A DNA stretch of 64,000 nucleotides, from positions 3,110 through 67,109 of the forward strand of contig JAPYSB010000008.1 of assembly GCA_029936675.1 (NCBI GenBank), in the 5' to 3' direction. The notes beneath the pieces were generated by a model. The model saw nothing but the letters and a program-made list of their open reading frames with translations, was not told the origin of the DNA and ran no database searches. The position numbers were made by a program, and so were the translations under genes. Shown here piece after piece: positions 60,138-64,000 of the stretch (positions are counted from its first letter, which is position 1; each line of letters begins with the position of its first letter). Source of the stretch: Dehalococcoidia bacterium (GTDB lineage Bacteria; Chloroflexota; Dehalococcoidia; Lucifugimonadales; UBA826).

Positions 60138-61427
60138 TTAGTAAATTAGTGTTTCCGAACCTATATTCTCGAGTAATTTTTTTACTGACATACTGAAGGC
60201 ACTTGCCTCGGCCCCGTCCATTATTCTGTGATCAAAAGATAAGCAGATATTCATCATAGATCTTATGGCTATGGCATCTTCTTTAATGACCGGACGCTTA
60301 ATAATTGCCTCCGTGGTCATTATGGCTGCTTGAGGATGATTTACTAATGGTCTGGAGGACACTGATCCCAACGCCCCAGTATTATTTAAAGTAAATGTAC
60401 CACCTTGGACTTCAGGCAGGCTTAACTTTCCATTTTTGGCCTTGGATATTAGAGTTTCCATAATTTCAGCTAATCCAGCTATGCTGAAAAAATCGGCATT
60501 GTGTATTACTGGCACTATCAACCCGTCAGGAGCTGCAACAGCTATTCCAATATTTATGTTTTTCTTCAGTATGATCCCTTCTTCTGACCATGTTGAATTT
60601 AACAGGGGGTTTTTCTTCAGTGATTCGGCTACCGCTTTTATTACAAACGGTAAGTAAGTGATGTTTATTCCTTCTTTGTTCATGAAGGATTCTTTTATGT
60701 CTTGTCTCTTAGATACCATCCCAGTCACATCTACAGCCACTTCGCTCCAAGCCTGCGGGATTAAAGCTGCACTTTTTGACATGTTGGCCGCTATCATTTT
60801 TCTGACTGGGGTGAGAGCAATTTTCTCTTGATCTTTTCTCGATTGGGTATCTTGATCCGATGGCCCTGTAGAATCTTCCCTTCCCCCTATGGTTGAATTG
60901 GCTTCAATGAATGAAATGACGTCCTTTCGGGTTATTCTTCCGTTAATTCCAGTACCCACTATCTGTGCTAGGTCTATCTGATTTTCCTCTGCCAGCCTTA
61001 AAACGGCTGGAGAGTATCGGCTTTTTGGGGGCGGGCTTTTGTCATGATTTGATAAGGATTCATCTCGGCTAATGGGACCACCAGATCCAGTGGGCCCGAC
61101 CGGAGCAGTATTTTTTAAAAGGACACCCGTTGTGCCAATTTCCTGATCTGTTACGTCTGGTTCAAGTTTATCGTGATTAGTATTTTCTTGATTTTCGTTT
61201 GTTTCAATGTCGGCAATGAGGCCACCCATTTGGACAGTTTCGCCTTCATTAGCGATTATTTCCCGAAGAACTCCACGTACTGGGGAGGGAAGTTCCATAT
61301 TGACCTTATCGGTGATGACTTCGACTAAGGGGTCATATTTTTCTATCTTATCCCCTACATTTTTTAGCCATCTGCCTATGACCCCTTCTGTAACAGATTC
61401 ACCTACCTGTGGAAGTTCGATCTTCAT
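60138..61427 (-). CDS. 2-oxoacid dehydrogenase complex E2 (dihydrolipoamide acyltransferase)
   Basis: N-terminal lipoyl domain (EVITDKVNMELPSP), a peripheral subunit-binding domain (SPAVLRLAEENQIDL), and a catalytic domain ending DHRIMDGA. Confidence 0.93.
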   Translation of the reverse strand: MKIELPQVGESVTEGVIGRWLKNVGDKIEKYDPLVEVITDKVNMELPSPVRGVLREIIANEGETVQMGGLIADIETNENQENTNHDKLEPDVTDQEIGTTGVLLKNTAPVGPTGSGGPISRDESLSNHDKSPPPKSRYSPAVLRLAEENQIDLAQIVGTGINGRITRKDVISFIEANSTIGGREDSTGPSDQDTQSRKDQEKIALTPVRKMIAANMSKSAALIPQAWSEVAVDVTGMVSKRQDIKESFMNKEGINITYLPFVIKAVAESLKKNPLLNSTWSEEGIILKKNINIGIAVAAPDGLIVPVIHNADFFSIAGLAEIMETLISKAKNGKLSLPEVQGGTFTLNNTGALGSVSSRPLVNHPQAAIMTTEAIIKRPVIKEDAIAIRSMMNICLSFDHRIMDGAEASAFSMSVKKLLENIGSETLIY

Positions 61428-61432
61428 GGTAC

Positions 61433-62416
61433 CTAATACTCTGCTAATTCTTTGATTGCTGTTGATATTTTTTCTGCGTCTATCATAAACATATTTTCGA
61501 GTGGTGGACTGAAGGGCATTGCCGGGACTTCAGGTCCACCTAATCTGATCACCGGAGCATCTAAGTACTCAAAGGCGTGTTGCGAAATTAGAGCCGATAC
61601 CTCAGATCCAATTCCAAGCGCTTGATTGTCCTCATAAACTATCAGAGTTTTCCCAGTTTTTTTAACTGTGTTAATGATACTTTCCATATCCAGAGGCCGA
61701 ACAGTTCTTAGATCTAGAACTTCTACACTAATGTTTTCTAAACTGGCCATTTGAGCTGCTTCTAAACAATGGTGTACCATCAATCCATAAGTGATTATGC
61801 TTATGTCTTCACCGAGTTTCTTTACATCGGCTTTTCCCAATGGAATTGTATATTCTTGGTCCGGTACTTCACCTTTTACGAGTCGGTATGTCCTTTTGTG
61901 CTCGAGGAATATTACAGGGTCGTCGTCTCTTATCGAGGATTTTAACAGGCCTTTTGCATCATACGGAGTCGAAGGGGTTACCACTTTTAACCCGGGAGTA
62001 TGCGCAAAGATAGCTTCAACGCTTTGCGAGTGATATAGGGCTCCTCTTACGCCCCCACCTTGCGGAGCTCGTAGTACCATCGGTGCGTTTAGTTTTCCTT
62101 CTGTACCATATCGTACCTTTGCGGCCTCGCCAACAATTTGATTTATAGTTGGCCAGATAAAATCGGCGAATTCTATTTCGGCGATAGGCCGGAGCCCACT
62201 CATAGCTGCTCCTAAAGCGATTCCAGCTATTGAAGATTCAGCAAGAGGTGTGTCTATTATTCTTTCCTCACCGAATTCAGATAAGAAACCTTCGGTGGCA
62301 AGAAATACACCCCCTCTGGCACCAATGTCTTCCCCCATGATGAACACTCGGTCATCGTTTCGCATCTCTTCGCGCATGGCTTCCCTAATAGCTTCTAATA
62401 CAGTTATTACAGCCAT
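61433..62416 (-). CDS. 2-oxoacid dehydrogenase E1 component beta subunit
   Basis: 327 aa. GEDIG..GGVF..T.G....FG..R..DTPL.E..I.G transketolase-like pyrimidine-binding fold. Confidence 0.93.
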   Translation of the reverse strand: MAVITVLEAIREAMREEMRNDDRVFIMGEDIGARGGVFLATEGFLSEFGEERIIDTPLAESSIAGIALGAAMSGLRPIAEIEFADFIWPTINQIVGEAAKVRYGTEGKLNAPMVLRAPQGGGVRGALYHSQSVEAIFAHTPGLKVVTPSTPYDAKGLLKSSIRDDDPVIFLEHKRTYRLVKGEVPDQEYTIPLGKADVKKLGEDISIITYGLMVHHCLEAAQMASLENISVEVLDLRTVRPLDMESIINTVKKTGKTLIVYEDNQALGIGSEVSALISQHAFEYLDAPVIRLGGPEVPAMPFSPPLENMFMIDAEKISTAIKELAEY

Positions 62417-62425
62417 TTTCTTTGC

Positions 62426-63424
62426 CTACTCCGCATACACATGTTTGAAAAAATCGGTAGTTCCTGGATACGGGGCATTCTCTGCTTCTTCAGTTGCTTT
62501 ATTTACGATTTCTTTCGCACTTTCATGAATATAGTTATCTTCTTTTAGGTCCAGTATCTTTCGTTCCAAAAGCTGCTCTCTAAGTAGCCTTAAGGGATCT
62601 CTTTTTTTTGCTTCTTCAATCTCTTGAGAAGATCGGTATATGGAGTCGTCGTCATCACTGGTGTGAGGAAGATATCGTTCGACATTCGCTTCTATTAAAG
62701 TAGGCCCTAAGCCGGCCCTAGCTCTTGTCACGGCTTCGACAGTGGTTTCGTATACTGCTACGATATCGCACCCATCAATTTCTATTCCAGGCATTCCATA
62801 CCCTTCAGCCCTTGCAGCGACATTAGCCACAGCCATTTGCTTAGATAAAGGGACAGATATGGCATATCCATTGTTTTCGCAAAAAAATATAATGGGAAGC
62901 TTGTGTATGGCAGCAAAGTTCATGGCTTCGTGGCAATCGCCGGCGCTGGAAGCCCCGTCCCCAAAATACGCCACTATGACCCTGTCTTCCTTCTTCATCT
63001 TTGCAGTTAATGCTGCTCCAACGGCTTGTGGTATGTGTGTTGCTATGACATTTGAGAGATTAATCACGCCATATTCAGGATGGGCACCATGAGTTGGGAA
63101 CTGCCTTGCTCCGCTTAATGGCTCTCCTTCCTTCGCAACAAAACCTTTAATTATTTCGGCTGGGGTCAACCCAAGTGTGAGCAGCACGGCGAGATCCCGA
63201 TAGTAAATGTAACATTGGTCATACCCTTTCCGGAGGGCTGCCACTGACCCTATTTGGCCTGCCTCATGTCCTTGTGAAGAGGCCATGATGGCTGCCTTCC
63301 CTTGGCGATTTAGCATCCAAATCCGCTCATCAAGAGTTCTACAAAGAACCATGTCTTTGTACATTTTCAGAAGCAACTCGTCCTGAATTTTCAAGTTTGT
63401 TTCCATTGGTTTGGTCTCATCCAA
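62426..63424 (-). CDS. 2-oxoacid dehydrogenase E1 component alpha subunit (TPP-dependent)
   Basis: 332 aa. TPP motif GDGASSAGDCHEAMNFA...NNGYAIS. Confidence 0.93.
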   Translation of the reverse strand: MDETKPMETNLKIQDELLLKMYKDMVLCRTLDERIWMLNRQGKAAIMASSQGHEAGQIGSVAALRKGYDQCYIYYRDLAVLLTLGLTPAEIIKGFVAKEGEPLSGARQFPTHGAHPEYGVINLSNVIATHIPQAVGAALTAKMKKEDRVIVAYFGDGASSAGDCHEAMNFAAIHKLPIIFFCENNGYAISVPLSKQMAVANVAARAEGYGMPGIEIDGCDIVAVYETTVEAVTRARAGLGPTLIEANVERYLPHTSDDDDSIYRSSQEIEEAKKRDPLRLLREQLLERKILDLKEDNYIHESAKEIVNKATEEAENAPYPGTTDFFKHVYAE

Positions 63425-63535
63425 TTTTTTGCCTATAACCTTGATACGAGAATGCCCAGATTACTGATGGCATTATATTGAGGATATCGGAGGGAGGTCA
63501 AAATTATGTAAAAGAAGTTAGACGAATGGTAAAGC

Positions 63536-64000
63536 CTAGTTAGAGGACCTAAATCTATATCCGACGTTCCAGATAGTTTCAATGTAAGGGCTTTCTGAAT
63601 TATTCTCTATTTTGCTTCTTAGTCTTCTTATATGCACATCCACTGTTCTGGTTCCACCAAAATAATCATAGCCCCATATTTGGTTCAAGAGCGTTGCCCG
63701 GTCATATACTCTGCCAGGGTTTGATGCCAAAAGTAATAGCAACTCATATTCCTTAAACCTCAGATTAACCCTGCTATTATTTATCAGAACCTCATAATTG
63801 GAGGGGTTGATTGTAAGTTCTCCTCTATTTATAAACTCTTCTTCCGATGGTGTAATGGTTGCCTTTTTTACAGAAAATACTGACCTCATAATTAATTCTT
63901 CCTCAAGAAATGGGGTAACAATAAAATCTGTGATTATCATATCGGTATCAAGTGACATTAGGTCATTAGGGGAAATTATAGCCAGTGTTGGAAGGTTTTT
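63536..64000 (-). CDS. OmpR-family response regulator, C-terminal part (the gene continues past the window end)
   Basis: Winged-helix domain (RTVDVHIRRLRSKIE...NVGYRF). My translation upstream of the track's Met stays open to position 64000 (KNLPTLAIISPNDL...TDFIVTPF), which looks like the end of a receiver domain. Confidence 0.85.
   Translation of the reverse strand, partial: KNLPTLAIISPNDLMSLDTDMIITDFIVTPFLEEELIMRSVFSVKKATITPSEEEFINRGELTINPSNYEVLINNSRVNLRFKEYELLLLLASNPGRVYDRATLLNQIWGYDYFGGTRTVDVHIRRLRSKIENNSESPYIETIWNVGYRFRSSN

Noticed and set aside
1-64000. Search for tRNA, rRNA, CRISPR repeats, IS elements, integrases, toxin-antitoxin pairs or defence genes
   Set aside because: I recognised none in the intergenic regions or in the ORF set. 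Every long ORF is accounted for by housekeeping or transport functions, apart from the single unknown ORF next to queG.

Overview
This window is a dense, AT-rich (low-40s % GC by eye, not computed) chromosomal core region of a bacterium. I call about 85 protein genes. I found no rRNA or tRNA, no CRISPR array, and no transposase, integrase or phage genes. Many starts are non-ATG (GTG or TTG), and many gene junctions overlap by 1-14 nt.

The centre (20.6-43.0 kb) is a 41-gene, co-directional translation block. It runs rpsT, rpsP-KH-rimM, then rpsL-rpsG-fusA (no tuf), the S10, spc and alpha operons, and finally truA and rplM-rpsI. It includes rpmJ, which is absent from the ORF track.

The left flank holds:
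- a partial CapA-like gene and a GNAT gene
- prfA-prmC
- a CBS-less IMPDH-family gene
- queG, translationally coupled to an unknown 253-aa ORF
- an ABC-3 metal importer (ATPase plus permease, no binding protein) with a convergent Fur-family regulator
- an MFS transporter
- a TPP riboswitch with terminator controlling thiZ-thiX-thiY-tenA-thiD (thiamine pyrimidine salvage)
- a second MFS transporter, an M24 peptidase, hisS and rel

The right flank holds:
- a DtxR/MntR-like regulator, nnr and ubiE/menG
- htrA, yihY and an alpha/beta hydrolase
- queA
- a SelA-like PLP enzyme paired with an Ldh2-family dehydrogenase
- phoB/phoR-like genes, pstSCAB and phoU
- lipB plus 2-oxoacid dehydrogenase E1alpha/E1beta/E2
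- a partial OmpR-type regulator

Taxonomic hints are inference only. The S12 carries the long insert seen in Bacillus-type S12, adenylate kinase has a Cys4 lid, and lipoprotein-type binding proteins are present. Together these suggest a monoderm-like lineage, possibly Chloroflexota-like.

I see no defence island or mobile system, and most of the window is ordinary housekeeping. The items most worth a second look are:
1. uL4 fused to an RNA polymerase alpha-CTD-like domain.
2. The uncharacterised ORF overlapping the end of queG.
3. A 439-bp ORF-free spacer upstream of the pho regulator genes, which contains two look-alike nested hairpins.
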